Position numbers and translations under genes: made by a program
Sequence record: PP695294.1
DNA length: 64,000 nucleotides
Direction: 5' to 3' (one strand)
Part shown: one piece after another, positions 1 to 10,043 of the stretch
Layout of the letters: every line of letters begins with the position of its first letter
Position numbering within the stretch: the stretch's first letter is position 1
The notes under the pieces: generated by a model
Told to the model about the DNA's origin: nothing
Database searches by the model: none
The model's input: the letters and a program-made list of their open reading frames with translations, nothing else

Positions 1-471
1 TGGGCTAAGTGGCTCGTAGGGTTCTTAGACCGCTTTGACAACCACACCCCGAATGAATTCCCTACGGCACCAAATAAACCGGTATGGGTAGAGAATGATT
101 TCACAGCACATATGTGTGCGCTCTGGATAGCAGGCAGCGCTTATGCGGCAATGGCCGGCTGTACAGTGGAAGGGTTGAACCGTATTATGGATATGGGGAT
201 GAAGGAGATGGGTGACAACTTCACCGTCACCGACATTCCAGGAAAAGCCATTAACGGTGCCTGGTCTCCATGGGCAAATCCTACCACGGATAACGGTCAG
301 GCTTTTGGGTTTTATACTGGAGAAGCGATGCGCGCAATCGGGTTGTATCTCCTCTATAAAGAACATGGTGCAGGGCATGATATCTATCACGACTTGGCAA
401 TCCCCGACCACACAACAGCTTCACTTGATATAACGTTTACTATCCCAGACGATCCGCTCGAAACTAATTAA
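1..471 (+). CDS. 3' part of a gene starting before the window; aromatic-rich hypothetical (possibly virion) protein
   Basis: Frame is open from base 1 (WAKWLVGFLDRF...) through the 112..471 ORF to TAA; a hairpin follows. Confidence 0.7.
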   Translation, partial: WAKWLVGFLDRFDNHTPNEFPTAPNKPVWVENDFTAHMCALWIAGSAYAAMAGCTVEGLNRIMDMGMKEMGDNFTVTDIPGKAINGAWSPWANPTTDNGQAFGFYTGEAMRAIGLYLLYKEHGAGHDIYHDLAIPDHTTASLDITFTIPDDPLETN

Positions 472-478
472 GTGTATA

Positions 479-518
479 CCAGCTATCCTTCGGGGTGGCT
501 GGTACGCTTTATTTTATT
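479..518 (+). terminator. Intrinsic terminator
   Basis: CCAGCTATCC-TTCG-GGGTGGCTGG stem (G-U pairs) plus T-rich tail after the stop at 471. Confidence 0.65.
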
Positions 519-519
519 T

Positions 520-541
520 CAGATAGATGTTATCTCAGTGA
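520..541 (+). promoter_or_regulatory. Putative phage promoter motif (CAGATAGATGTTAT-N4-GTGA)
   Basis: One of five similar intergenic copies (520, 4288, 52224, 55993, 57813), each heading a + strand small-gene cluster. Confidence 0.6.
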
Positions 542-598
542 ACCTCTGAAATTTACGTTTCAATCAGAGCTTATGTCATGTATTAAGGAGCACTTAAA

Positions 599-931
599 AT
601 GTCTAAAGTCTATCACATTGCGGTATTGCGTCAGGCAACTGACCTTGAAGGCGACGGTGAACTTCGAATGCAGGAAGCCATTCTGAGCACTGTTAAAGAA
701 CTTAACCAAGCAAACAATTTCGATGCACGCTTCGAAGCGCTGCCTGTAAGCCGTGGTGCTTTCTACGGCAGTCAAATACTGGCAACCCAGTATGCGATGG
801 CTTTAAGTGAATTGCGCAATAACCCTAGCCCAGAGACCGCAGCGAAGATGAACAAGCTGTCGCTATGGATGAATAACCTGGATGTCCCCGCAGCATCCAC
901 TGTAAGTGGTTTGGGGGTGGTCAATGAGTAG
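599..931 (+). CDS. Hypothetical protein (probable paralogue of 924..1259)
   Basis: 110-aa ORF with AAGGAG RBS. Confidence 0.8.
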   Translation: MSKVYHIAVLRQATDLEGDGELRMQEAILSTVKELNQANNFDARFEALPVSRGAFYGSQILATQYAMALSELRNNPSPETAAKMNKLSLWMNNLDVPAASTVSGLGVVNE

Positions 932-1259
932 AGTAATCGGTGTTGCCAGACCAATGCGTCTCAATAGGACACCAATGATAAATCGTGATATCGGTGAAGC
1001 TGTAAAACAGTTGTCGAATATCGACGGTTACACCTTTAAAGTGATAACACTGTACGACTACCCAGAAGGTAAAGTTCCGCAAGAGGCGCTGGATAAATTC
1101 GTTAATGTATTAGACGATTGCCTTAAGAGTCCAACGGACGTAAATCTTATCAAACTAAACACCATGTCCCTTGAACTGTACCGGCTGCGTAAAATGGGCA
1201 TTCATGCTCGCATCGGTAAAGGTGACCAAACGTTAGCCGAATACTGGGCTAAACAGTAA
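924..1259 (+). CDS. Hypothetical protein
   Basis: ATG at 924 overlaps the upstream stop; 111 aa. Confidence 0.8.
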   Translation: MSRVIGVARPMRLNRTPMINRDIGEAVKQLSNIDGYTFKVITLYDYPEGKVPQEALDKFVNVLDDCLKSPTDVNLIKLNTMSLELYRLRKMGIHARIGKGDQTLAEYWAKQ

Positions 1260-1286
1260 GCTATTTTAAATCCTAAGGAGCATTAA

Positions 1287-1805
1287 GTGAATATTATCAT
1301 GAACCTGTATACCAAACGGGAACGTAACGTTTTAGAATCTGGCGTTGCCCCGGAAGTATTGGCTGCGGGGGATATTAGTATCGACCCATTGAAAGTGAAA
1401 GTCGCGGAACTGTTCCCTCGTGATGAATGGGACATCTGGTATTTCCGTTGTTCGTCGGTATTAAATGCAATCAAGCAACTGTCTGATTATCAGCCTGGTC
1501 CGTATATCGGTACCTGGCACTGGTACGTTCCACGCACACCAAACTTCCTTTACCTGCACGACGATGATAAACGTACTCATATTCGCACTGTAGCGACGCC
1601 TGCGCGTTTGGAGCGTTATCTGGAGCTAATCCACGACCGGCCTCGTAACGAGCTGCAGAGCATCGTAGAGGTGCTCAGACAGGTACCTTTAGACGGTATA
1701 CTGGAACTGGACATGAAAATCGCCGATCGTCCGAGACATTACTGGGAATTTTCCTGGGTAGACGCGAAGTACGAAAACCATAACGTTATCTATCTGAAGC
1801 GTTAA
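1287..1805 (+). CDS. Hypothetical protein
   Basis: 172-aa ORF with AAGGAG RBS before GTG. Confidence 0.8.
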   Translation: MNIIMNLYTKRERNVLESGVAPEVLAAGDISIDPLKVKVAELFPRDEWDIWYFRCSSVLNAIKQLSDYQPGPYIGTWHWYVPRTPNFLYLHDDDKRTHIRTVATPARLERYLELIHDRPRNELQSIVEVLRQVPLDGILELDMKIADRPRHYWEFSWVDAKYENHNVIYLKR

Positions 1806-1815
1806 GGGGGACAGG

Positions 1816-2136
1816 ATGTTGAACTGGTTACTGGCGCTGATTAACAAGCGACAAAAACAACTGTACGAAGAAAACCGAGAATTAGCTGCCGCTAACCGTC
1901 GTGTACAGGCCGATAACTTGCAGTTAAGACACGACCTCGCGGAACTGGGCGTTAATGCGAGTAGGCTCTGCACGCACATAAGTCGCTGTCACGACATTAT
2001 CGAACGTATTGGGCACTACCATCTTACGTCCCCTGCGCGGCGTGCCTATGACGCGGCCGTTCAGGGATTAAAAGATACCAGGAGTGCGTACGACGAGATG
2101 TTAGAAGAATTTAGTAAACGTGAGGATAAAGACTAA
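1816..2136 (+). CDS. Hypothetical coiled-coil protein
   Basis: 106-aa ORF with heptad-like segment QLYEENRELAAANRRVQADNLQLRHDLAEL. Confidence 0.8.
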   Translation: MLNWLLALINKRQKQLYEENRELAAANRRVQADNLQLRHDLAELGVNASRLCTHISRCHDIIERIGHYHLTSPARRAYDAAVQGLKDTRSAYDEMLEEFSKREDKD

Positions 2137-2519
2137 TGGAAACACCACCGAACACCGATTTAGCACTGGCTATCGAGCACATGAAAAATCATCAGCTGAC
2201 GTTACTGAACGCAGACATAGATGGACAACGTCAAGGGTACGCGCTCGTTGCAAAAGCAGCGTTAGAACTTAACAAAATCCTGCTCGCTAAACTCTACGGC
2301 CTGGAGAATAGCGTGCTTCACGCAACGCATCTGGGTGAGGCCAGCGAGCTGGTTACAGACGTGCGCCTATATGCATCGCGCGAAATGGAGCGCTTAGTCA
2401 ACGAGTGGAACGTTCAGTGTAACGGCGAGCGTGCTGATAACGATCCACGTAAAGTTGCACTGACGCCAGGCGTGTATATCAAGGACGGTAGCATCAACGA
2501 ATATACCGGATTTAACTGA
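2136..2519 (+). CDS. Hypothetical protein
   Basis: TAATG stop/start coupling; 127 aa. Confidence 0.8.
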   Translation: METPPNTDLALAIEHMKNHQLTLLNADIDGQRQGYALVAKAALELNKILLAKLYGLENSVLHATHLGEASELVTDVRLYASREMERLVNEWNVQCNGERADNDPRKVALTPGVYIKDGSINEYTGFN

Positions 2520-2542
2520 TCGGTAGATAAGGGTAATTGATA

Positions 2543-2968
2543 ATGTTAACCATAGACGTAGCTATCTCTATCGAGCTTCAACGCATCGGTGTAGGTACAC
2601 TAAAACTTCGTTATCGTGATTTACCGCATTACAACAAGATGTTTGATGTTGGGGTGATAAAGTTTTATAACCGATACGGGCCAAGAGAACTATGTCTATG
2701 GTTTGTCGAGTTAGCGATAGCCTACGGCGAGTTTTATCATCCTAATACACCGCATGTCAGACACGTGTCAAGAGGGCACCTGGAAACCTCCAGAGAGTTC
2801 TATCAGCGATTGTATAGCGTGATGGAGGAGTCCGCACTCATCGACTATGACGTGCCACCTGAACTGTTATTAATCGACCATGAAGGAGAAGCCGGTGTCT
2901 ATTTCATTACAGGGATTGACCATTCACGAGATTCAGAAATATTTACTCGAGGGCGGGAAACTGACTGA
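2543..2968 (+). CDS. Hypothetical protein
   Basis: ORF in operon-like run; ATG at 2543 chosen over TTG at 2537. Confidence 0.7.
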   Translation: MLTIDVAISIELQRIGVGTLKLRYRDLPHYNKMFDVGVIKFYNRYGPRELCLWFVELAIAYGEFYHPNTPHVRHVSRGHLETSREFYQRLYSVMEESALIDYDVPPELLLIDHEGEAGVYFITGIDHSRDSEIFTRGRETD

Positions 2969-3200
2969 CGACTATCAAACCGCAGATATGTTGCTGCAGT
3001 CATTTGTGCCGCTACGCGCTGAGTATTACGAAATCGCGTTTCTGGGCGATGAGTATTGTGTCCGTACACAAAGTCGCGAGTACGAAGCAGTTCGCGTACC
3101 ACGAACACTCGGCGGGGTGATGATACTTATCGCTAATATCGAAGCACTCAATGCGAAATGTGCGTTATACATCGCACAAGGAGGTCGCAATGGATTTTAA
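2880..3200 (+). CDS. Hypothetical protein (start uncertain)
   Basis: 106-aa ORF overlapping the previous gene; fills the gap to 3190. Confidence 0.6.
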   Translation: MKEKPVSISLQGLTIHEIQKYLLEGGKLTDDYQTADMLLQSFVPLRAEYYEIAFLGDEYCVRTQSREYEAVRVPRTLGGVMILIANIEALNAKCALYIAQGGRNGF

Positions 3201-3348
3201 GTGGGAACCGTTAACGTTAGCAGAAATTCGTAACAGAATCGACAGGGCTATTGCAAGGAGAAAACATGTTCGGCCTGTTTCAGGAGAAAAAACAGTTGCG
3301 CCGCCAATTAGAAATACTGGAATTGGAACTCAGCCTATCAAAGACTGA
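3190..3348 (+). CDS. Small hypothetical protein
   Basis: AAGGAGG RBS before ATG 3190; 52 aa. Confidence 0.55.
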   Translation: MDFKWEPLTLAEIRNRIDRAIARRKHVRPVSGEKTVAPPIRNTGIGTQPIKD

Positions 3349-3667
3349 GTTAGAAATTTCGAAAGAAGCGTGGAAAAGAAATCTTGATGAATCTTTCGAA
3401 GAACGCCGTAAGCTTACACGACTACTTTCTGAGGAACAGTCTAAGAACCGGAAACTCGAAGATGAGCTACGGGATGCCCGACGAGATGCGGATCTGCGTG
3501 ACAAGATGTTAGGACGGAACCTGGGTGCCCTAATCTATTTCATAGAGCAACGTTGGGAACCAAGAACGCTCCTTAAGTTGCTCTATGAAAAACTCTCCTA
3601 CGTAGGTAAACGTTCTGCGGCCATCGAGTATTTCCGTAGTCACGGTTTCGAGGTAAAAGATGAGTAA
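3266..3667 (+). CDS. Hypothetical coiled-coil protein
   Basis: AAGGAG RBS before ATG 3266; long charged heptad region. Confidence 0.8.
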   Translation: MFGLFQEKKQLRRQLEILELELSLSKTELEISKEAWKRNLDESFEERRKLTRLLSEEQSKNRKLEDELRDARRDADLRDKMLGRNLGALIYFIEQRWEPRTLLKLLYEKLSYVGKRSAAIEYFRSHGFEVKDE

Positions 3668-3745
3668 ATTAGAGGTTGGCAGGCTGTTCGTTAATCCTTA
3701 AAAAACAACAGTTTCAAATTAGTTACGACCATAAGGAGTATTCAA

Positions 3746-4186
3746 ATGTTAAAACCACGCAAACAGAAAAGATTACAGTTTGTCAAAATAGTGCATCCGG
3801 AGTCCCGACGTGTTACAGGTGGACGTCTCTACGTGGGTAAACATCGTAGTCGACTCATCACCTGGTCGGCAATGGCCAACGTAGCCACTCAACTCCAGGC
3901 AATGGTTGAAGACCGTTGTCAGTTAAAAGGGGACTTCTTTCAAGAGAAGAAACCCTACCGTGATATCTTCCGTACACTGAAAGCGTGCTGGGTACTCAGT
4001 TGGGTGCCTGGCCGCGAACAACTTTATTTTCTGCGTAAGTTCCCACGCCCTATGCCGAAAGAAAACATTAGCGTTTTCTTAGACAAACTAAAACGTTTTA
4101 ATGGCATCGGCATTAACGCTAATAAAGAGCAAGTTTCTGCTACAGTAGCAGCCCGGAAACTCTTACGCGATTACGTGGCCGATTGA
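3746..4186 (+). CDS. Basic hypothetical protein
   Basis: 146-aa ORF with AAGGAG RBS, followed by a terminator. Confidence 0.8.
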   Translation: MLKPRKQKRLQFVKIVHPESRRVTGGRLYVGKHRSRLITWSAMANVATQLQAMVEDRCQLKGDFFQEKKPYRDIFRTLKACWVLSWVPGREQLYFLRKFPRPMPKENISVFLDKLKRFNGIGINANKEQVSATVAARKLLRDYVAD

Positions 4187-4226
4187 CTTGAGAGGCACTT
4201 ATCCCAAAAGCGGTCAAAAAAGCAGC

Positions 4227-4263
4227 ACCCTACTCCTTCGGGAGTAGGGTTTCTTCTTTTTTT
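4227..4263 (+). terminator. Intrinsic terminator
   Basis: ACCCTACTCC-TTCG-GGAGTAGGGT plus T tract. Confidence 0.85.
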
Positions 4264-4287
4264 GTCTAGTGTGATTACAATTATTTT

Positions 4288-4327
4288 CAGATATATATTA
4301 CTTAGGTGAGAGTTAACAATTAACTCT
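4288..4327 (+). promoter_or_regulatory. Putative early (virion RNAP) promoter with TATATTAC core and downstream hairpin
   Basis: CAGATATATATTACTTAGGTGAG, near-identical to 55993; TATATTAC is the described phiKZ early promoter core; AGAGTTAA-caa-TTAACTCT stem follows. Confidence 0.7.
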
Positions 4328-4361
4328 TATCTAATCGACCATTATCTTAAGGAGTTTTAAC

Positions 4362-4808
4362 ATGTACATTCTGAATAACGAACTTACTAAATACGCTAGC
4401 AAAAACCCGATTATGATTTCTTTCCTAATCGTGATGGCGGCCAACAAACAAGACCCTAGCGAATTCACTACTGAGGACTTCGAAGAGATTATCGCCAACG
4501 CCAAAGAAGCCACGTTCCAGACTACGGAACCCACACGTGACGAGTTCCCTCTAGGTGAAGCCGGTGACGTAATGTTTAACGACATGGTTGCTTCGTACTA
4601 CATCAATAGACGTGGTATGGAAATCGAATACGATGAACTTCCTACTAGCAGCTTTGCTGAAATGATTCGTGATTATCGTCGTCAAGTTGTCTCTGACGAT
4701 ATCGTAAAGAAATACATGGCACAAATCAGCCCATTCAGTCTTGAATTCGAAAACCGTGCAATCGCCTTAGCGACGCATCGCCTGCGTTTAGAAAAAGAAG
4801 TACACTAA
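4362..4808 (+). CDS. Hypothetical protein (early-type)
   Basis: 148 aa with AAGGAG RBS; first gene after the promoter. Confidence 0.85.
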   Translation: MYILNNELTKYASKNPIMISFLIVMAANKQDPSEFTTEDFEEIIANAKEATFQTTEPTRDEFPLGEAGDVMFNDMVASYYINRRGMEIEYDELPTSSFAEMIRDYRRQVVSDDIVKKYMAQISPFSLEFENRAIALATHRLRLEKEVH

Positions 4809-4869
4809 CAATAACCCGGCGGGCAAAGTCCCGCCAATCAACCTGCAATCTACAAAAAAGGAATATCCC

Positions 4870-5088
4870 ATGCGCAACCTCTTCTCCAAATCTGAAATCA
4901 AACCTGTTGTTGAAACCACCGCCAAACGTAAGCCTGACATGATTGACCTGCTTCTGAAAATGTCTGCAGCAGAAGCCAAAGCTTTCATGAAAACAATGAA
5001 AGACGGCGATAAAATGATTGACAACGTTGAAGTAACCTACGGTGTTAAAGACCGCCCAAAGAATAACGGCCTTGTGTGGGTCTGTTAA
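4870..5088 (+). CDS. Small hypothetical protein
   Basis: 72 aa with AAGGA RBS. Confidence 0.75.
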   Translation: MRNLFSKSEIKPVVETTAKRKPDMIDLLLKMSAAEAKAFMKTMKDGDKMIDNVEVTYGVKDRPKNNGLVWVC

Positions 5089-5109
5089 TCGACGATTGAG
5101 GATAAAGTC

Positions 5110-5541
5110 GTGAACGTAATCAAAAAGCTGAACGGCGATACTTTCCATGCTCTGATGCCGAAGGGTGCACGTATTCGGATAAACAACAAAAACAAACCCT
5201 ATAAGACGGACTACACGTTCGACACCACTGACCACGCATTCGGTATCTGCGACGAAGGGACGAACGATGTCAAATGGATTATCGTGGTATACGAAACGTC
5301 TAGTGGGTATAAGTTCTGGGATGCCTATGAACTGCAGAAGGGCTATTGGTGGTATGTCAGTTGGGAAGCTTTCAATGACAAGGTATCTTATTCGTGGAAC
5401 GACTTCCCGCACTTTTGCTGGGATAGTTGGTTTCAAGAGTGCGGGGATAAGATTTCTGATCTTGTCCAGGAACTCTACAAACACTACAAAGAACACAATG
5501 GAAACTTCGTCTATCCTGAATGGGAACTGCCGAAGTCGTGA
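5110..5541 (+). CDS. Trp/Tyr-rich hypothetical protein
   Basis: 143 aa with GAGG RBS, followed by a terminator. Confidence 0.8.
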   Translation: MNVIKKLNGDTFHALMPKGARIRINNKNKPYKTDYTFDTTDHAFGICDEGTNDVKWIIVVYETSSGYKFWDAYELQKGYWWYVSWEAFNDKVSYSWNDFPHFCWDSWFQECGDKISDLVQELYKHYKEHNGNFVYPEWELPKS

Positions 5542-5545
5542 AGAA

Positions 5546-5575
5546 AAGGGAGCTTCGGCTCCCCTTCTTTTTTGT
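5546..5575 (+). terminator. Intrinsic terminator
   Basis: GGGAGC-TTCG-GCTCCC plus long T tract. Confidence 0.85.
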
Positions 5576-5694
5576 TTCCTTTTCTTTTTTTGTTTGCTCT
5601 TGTTCGGATTCTGGTACGCACTACGCTTTTAATATGCTGGCAGGGGGTCTAAAAATCTTACGACCTCAATAATCCCTTAACTCGAGTTAACGCG

Positions 5695-6492
5695 ATGTCT
5701 TTTACTTCAAAACAGAATCTGCTAAAACTCATCAACGAAGAGAATAAGATAAGCCCACCGCTTACCTTTGACGATGTTGATATCGGACTGCCGGAGGTTG
5801 TGTCAGTAGACGGTCGTGATTCGGAGGTAGTCCTTACCTCAAAAATGCGCGGTGATGAAGGTACGCAAGTGATTGTGGACTACCATCGTCGTCCATTAGA
5901 GGACTACCTTAAAGGCGATGTTGCCTTTGGAGACGAGGACGTGCAAACCACGCACGACTTACTCGCGGCGATTAACGAGCGTTTTAATCTGTCTATCTTA
6001 CCTGAGGATATCGAAGATAACCCCATTGATGGACAGACGCACACAGTCGTTGCTGTTGAAACTTCCCACGAGTGGCGAAGTCAAGCGGTCATCGAGCTGA
6101 AACCTGCTACACCTCTGGCAGAAGTAGTAACCAATACAGAGTTGAGCGGTCTTCTGTACCCGGATCACCAGGACATCCAGTTGGGTCAGGCGTATATCTA
6201 TTCGCGTGACATCGATTGTAGCCACATCTCTCGTTTCCTGAGCCTCTTAGCGGTCGGTATCGAGGTAGATGACACGGCGTTGGCAATCGAACTCAACAAA
6301 TGTGTTCCTGAGATTTGGGTAGCTGAAGATACCCCATCCCCGTATAACCTGCGTGGTGCCACTGTCGTATTCGACGGCGTACCTGCAGACTTGCCGGGAG
6401 CAAATACGGCGTTCGCGAAAGTCGTGTCAGTGCAACTGACCGATAAATGTACGAACTTCCAGGGCAGCCTCAACCTACACTTTAACAACTAG
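5695..6492 (+). CDS. Virion structural protein, paralogue family member 1
   Basis: Shared family motifs LLxLINxxN...YxR, LNxxYGLxLxxxDI and C-terminal GxLxLH[FY]N. Confidence 0.8.
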   Translation: MSFTSKQNLLKLINEENKISPPLTFDDVDIGLPEVVSVDGRDSEVVLTSKMRGDEGTQVIVDYHRRPLEDYLKGDVAFGDEDVQTTHDLLAAINERFNLSILPEDIEDNPIDGQTHTVVAVETSHEWRSQAVIELKPATPLAEVVTNTELSGLLYPDHQDIQLGQAYIYSRDIDCSHISRFLSLLAVGIEVDDTALAIELNKCVPEIWVAEDTPSPYNLRGATVVFDGVPADLPGANTAFAKVVSVQLTDKCTNFQGSLNLHFNN

Positions 6493-6502
6493 GAGGGTAT
6501 AG

Positions 6503-7345
6503 GTGTCTATTTACGATAAGCCCTCGAAAGAGATGTTGTTAGATGCTATTAACCGACAGAACGGATTAACGGCCAATCCACTCACATGGGAGCAGGTTGC
6601 AACTGGCTTCCCTGAGTCTGTCCAAACGCCTGGCGCTGACCGGAATACGCGTGTGCTCTTATACGGGTTGAACGGCAAGGGCTACAAAGGCAACGTTACG
6701 CTCGAATACGACCGTATCGAAATGGAAATTCTGTTCAGGAACGTAATACCGGTAGTCGTTGCCGACCCGGTAAATAAACTCTCTGAGTTGTTGCCGTTTC
6801 TGAATGCGAAATACGGCTTGTCTTTAGTTGCCGACGATATCGTTGACCAGTCAGTAAAAGATTTGGGAGAAAGCTGGTTAATCGATGTGACTATTAAGCC
6901 TGGTTGCTTGGCCTGGCAAGGTGGTTTCCGTTTACGCTTTGCGAAGTTCTTCCCGAACTTGGCGGACGTGGTGACGGATGTTGACCTCAGCGCAATTATC
7001 GCGCCGTTCGTGGTTGCTAGTAAACCACAGGCTGAGTATGTGGCGTATGGTTACGATTGGACTGAACTGCAAAAACAGTTCACTACCGATTGGGCTTACA
7101 ACCGCGCAATCACCGCGGCGGATGTTGAATTGCTTAACGAAGTGGTGCCATTAAAGTTTGCATATGTGACGGGGGCGACTGCGCAACCTGAACAAATTGC
7201 GCTTCAAGGTGCACGATATATGGGGATAACTTCAGTCACACCGAACGATAGTTACAACCCCGATTATCAGCGTGTGGCGATTATCAAGCTAGCTGCGGAC
7301 AGCAACTACGCCGGTAATCTCATCCTTCACTATCTCCCGATATAA
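6503..7345 (+). CDS. Virion structural protein, paralogue member 2
   Basis: LLDAINRQN, RNT, GYKGNVTLEYDR, LNAKYGLSL, GNLILHY. Confidence 0.8.
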   Translation: MSIYDKPSKEMLLDAINRQNGLTANPLTWEQVATGFPESVQTPGADRNTRVLLYGLNGKGYKGNVTLEYDRIEMEILFRNVIPVVVADPVNKLSELLPFLNAKYGLSLVADDIVDQSVKDLGESWLIDVTIKPGCLAWQGGFRLRFAKFFPNLADVVTDVDLSAIIAPFVVASKPQAEYVAYGYDWTELQKQFTTDWAYNRAITAADVELLNEVVPLKFAYVTGATAQPEQIALQGARYMGITSVTPNDSYNPDYQRVAIIKLAADSNYAGNLILHYLPI

Positions 7346-7355
7346 GGATTTTGAC

Positions 7356-8201
7356 ATGCCACTTTTAGCCACTGCTGAAAAGATTATTATCGCGGAGGTT
7401 AACGTCGAAAACAATCTCGATTTAAAAGTCGAAGATGTGGTTTTCGGTGTCCCTGCGATACCGACGTCTGACGAAGACCTGGCAAAAGCCAATGGTCATA
7501 ACGCGATGGTGCGCATTCAGGCTTTGGCCACCGCTAATGCTATCGGTGCCACTACCGTGTATTACGATCGTGTTGACTTCGCAGACATGTTTACCGACCC
7601 AGACGGGATTCAACCTCTACGTGTTCCTGCACGTCTCGACGCTGTTTACCAGATGCATGACGTGGTCGGGTTAATTAACCAGTATTACGGTCTCAGCCTT
7701 AAACCCGCAGATGTGGTGAATACCGAAATCGACAGGAAGACATGGCGTGTGGATCTGATTGCCACGCCCACTTCTTTAGGTTGGATAGGGCAACAACAGG
7801 TACAGCTGTTACCAGGCGATGCCTTGCTTCCTGCAAACTTCGAACCGTTAACAGTGACACCTTACGAGTATCCGTATTTTAACATCAAGGTCGGTCAAGG
7901 TGCAGTTTATTCGTATCCCTGGCGCTTTGATAATTTCGCGGAGGAATTTCAACGACTAGGTGCTGCGATAACCGCAGAACGTCTGGCGCAGATTCTCAAA
8001 ACGGTCACCGGTGATAACTGGACAACGTACCGTAACCCAATCGACTTTAACCTTCGTGAAGCTGTCGTCGTCTATAACGGGCGTAACAAAGCGGAATTAC
8101 CAACCAACCCAGCAGTCGACAACGTGCTGATTGTGGAGCTGTCGTTGTACTGTCTGAATTTTGGCGGGCGTTTGTATTTGCACTACAACGACCCTGATTA
8201 A
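7356..8201 (+). CDS. Virion structural protein, paralogue member 3
   Basis: YYDRVDF, INQYYGLSL, DFNLREAVVVYNG, GRLYLHYN. Confidence 0.8.
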   Translation: MPLLATAEKIIIAEVNVENNLDLKVEDVVFGVPAIPTSDEDLAKANGHNAMVRIQALATANAIGATTVYYDRVDFADMFTDPDGIQPLRVPARLDAVYQMHDVVGLINQYYGLSLKPADVVNTEIDRKTWRVDLIATPTSLGWIGQQQVQLLPGDALLPANFEPLTVTPYEYPYFNIKVGQGAVYSYPWRFDNFAEEFQRLGAAITAERLAQILKTVTGDNWTTYRNPIDFNLREAVVVYNGRNKAELPTNPAVDNVLIVELSLYCLNFGGRLYLHYNDPD

Positions 8202-8222
8202 TCCTGAGTAAAGGAAGTAAGA

Positions 8223-9134
8223 ATGAAACCTTTAAACAAAACGTCCGATCAGCTGGTTCTGGATTTTATTAATGAGAAAAACCCAGACGCAGAACTGGAA
8301 CTTTCTAAAATAACGCTCGGCACACCGACCCCTATTGTCGACGAAGGTGCCGATCGCAATACCAGCATGACCCTGACTGCGAAAAAGAACTCCGGGTACA
8401 TCGGTACTCAGGACGTGACTTATAATCGCCTGGAAGGCAGTGCGCTGTTCCGTAATGTAACAGCATACCTCGACGTTAAACTGCCGAAAACCACCACCGA
8501 CCTGCTGACGACCCTGAACACCCAATACGGATTGAAGCTGACCGAAGACGATATCGTTCCGGCGGCTATTCCGGAAAATACCAACCCACCGCTGACTAAC
8601 CCGAACGATCCGGACCCAGCACCGGTTGACCATGTCATTACCTTCAAAGAAGACTGCTATGCTTATCTGGGCAGCATCCCGGTTAAAATCGGTGCTAAGC
8701 CTCAGGTTGGTGAACGTCTGAGTCTGGTGGTAACACAAACCAAACTCGACGGCCTGGTTTACCCAGATGGTCCAAGCGATGCGAAAGGTCAGGGTTACAT
8801 CTACTCTTACGGTGTAGACTGCACAGCAATCGCAGCATTCCTGAAAGTGCAGGCGAAAGGCGTTATCGCTGCCGACTCTGCATTCCCGGTTGAGCTGAAT
8901 AAAGTTGTGCCGGAACTGTGGGTTGCATCTGATGAGCCTGCGGATTATAACCTGAAAGGTGCTAACGTGTTGTACGTTGGTTCTACTGCTGACGACGGCA
9001 CTGCTTCAGGCGACGATCCTAAGAAACCGGTTGAAGGTGCAAACACTGCTTACAACCAGGTTCTGCTGCTGCAGCTGGATGACACTCTGTGCACCAACTT
9101 CCAGGGCGTCATGTACCTGCACTTTAATGCCTAA
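8223..9134 (+). CDS. Virion structural protein, paralogue member 4
   Basis: LVLDFINEKNP, RNT, GYIG..YNRL, YNLKGANV, GVMYLHFN; closest to member 1. Confidence 0.8.
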   Translation: MKPLNKTSDQLVLDFINEKNPDAELELSKITLGTPTPIVDEGADRNTSMTLTAKKNSGYIGTQDVTYNRLEGSALFRNVTAYLDVKLPKTTTDLLTTLNTQYGLKLTEDDIVPAAIPENTNPPLTNPNDPDPAPVDHVITFKEDCYAYLGSIPVKIGAKPQVGERLSLVVTQTKLDGLVYPDGPSDAKGQGYIYSYGVDCTAIAAFLKVQAKGVIAADSAFPVELNKVVPELWVASDEPADYNLKGANVLYVGSTADDGTASGDDPKKPVEGANTAYNQVLLLQLDDTLCTNFQGVMYLHFNA

Positions 9135-9146
9135 TTAGGCCTCGCT

Positions 9147-9187
9147 GGGAGGAGGAAATCCTCCTCCTGGCTACTCCTTTCTTTTTT
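9147..9187 (+). terminator. Probable intrinsic terminator/attenuator
   Basis: GGAGGAGG-AAAT-CCTCCTCC stem with a T tract shortly after. Confidence 0.6.
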
Positions 9188-9203
9188 GGCCGAGGAGGCT
9201 ATT

Positions 9204-10043
9204 ATGGCTTTATATAGTCTGTCTCAGCGACAATATCTGTACGATGCGATTAATGCCGAAAACCCGGATGCTGTTCTACCGATGGGTTTAGACAATGCTA
9301 TCATCGGTACGCCGAAAGCAATCACACCGACAGCAAGCGGTGCCAATACTGAGATTATCATTCGTGGTCGTCAAGGTCGTGGCTATATCGGTCCTCAGAC
9401 GTTCCGTTATAAGCGCTTGTCGCTGAACGACTTATTTAAGAACATGACACCTCAGGTAACTGCACCGAATGCCTACGGTTGGTTGAACGTGGAGTCGAAA
9501 CGTACTGCGTTTGCGCAGAACCTGAACGGTCGTTATGGGTTAAACCTGGTCGCAGATGATATCCCGGAACAATACGTTTATCTGAACGTAAACAACACGA
9601 TGCGTATTAATGCTAGCTGCATTCAATACACCGGCAGTATCACCTTTATGTCTATCCGGGGTAAGAATAACCTCGAAGACTTGGTGGTAAACGACATCTT
9701 GTCGGCTTTGAACCACCCTGCAGCAGCAAGCACTGGTAAGAAATACATGGGCTTCTTGACGTACGGGGAAGACTTTACTGATGAAGTGCAGGTTATGGCC
9801 TCGTTTAAGAACGGGCGAATGGATGTAGGAAGTAACTTTGATTTGGGTTACACGTCCAATCTGATGGCCACATTGGTCGCACGTGGGGTACCGTCGTTTG
9901 ATCCGACGAACTGCACAATTACCCGCTACAAAACGAGTGAGTTGGCGACCGCCAATAAAGCGTACGATAACGTATTGCTGATTACCGGCATTCAGAACGA
10001 CCCGAAAGTAATCGGCGAGTGTATGTTGCACTACAACAACTAG
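9204..10043 (+). CDS. Virion structural protein, paralogue member 5
   Basis: GGAGG RBS before ATG 9204; LYDAINAENP, GYIG..YKRL, LNGRYGLNL, MLHYN. Confidence 0.8.
   Translation: MALYSLSQRQYLYDAINAENPDAVLPMGLDNAIIGTPKAITPTASGANTEIIIRGRQGRGYIGPQTFRYKRLSLNDLFKNMTPQVTAPNAYGWLNVESKRTAFAQNLNGRYGLNLVADDIPEQYVYLNVNNTMRINASCIQYTGSITFMSIRGKNNLEDLVVNDILSALNHPAAASTGKKYMGFLTYGEDFTDEVQVMASFKNGRMDVGSNFDLGYTSNLMATLVARGVPSFDPTNCTITRYKTSELATANKAYDNVLLITGIQNDPKVIGECMLHYNN

Noticed and set aside
4735-5496. 253-aa minus-strand ORF
   Set aside because: Overlaps three plus-strand genes with RBSs, promoter and terminator; shadow ORF
5677-5690. Perfect palindrome TTAACTCGAGTTAA before the structural array
   Set aside because: Single copy; it shares heptamers with the promoter hairpins but in inverted order, so there is not enough support for a function
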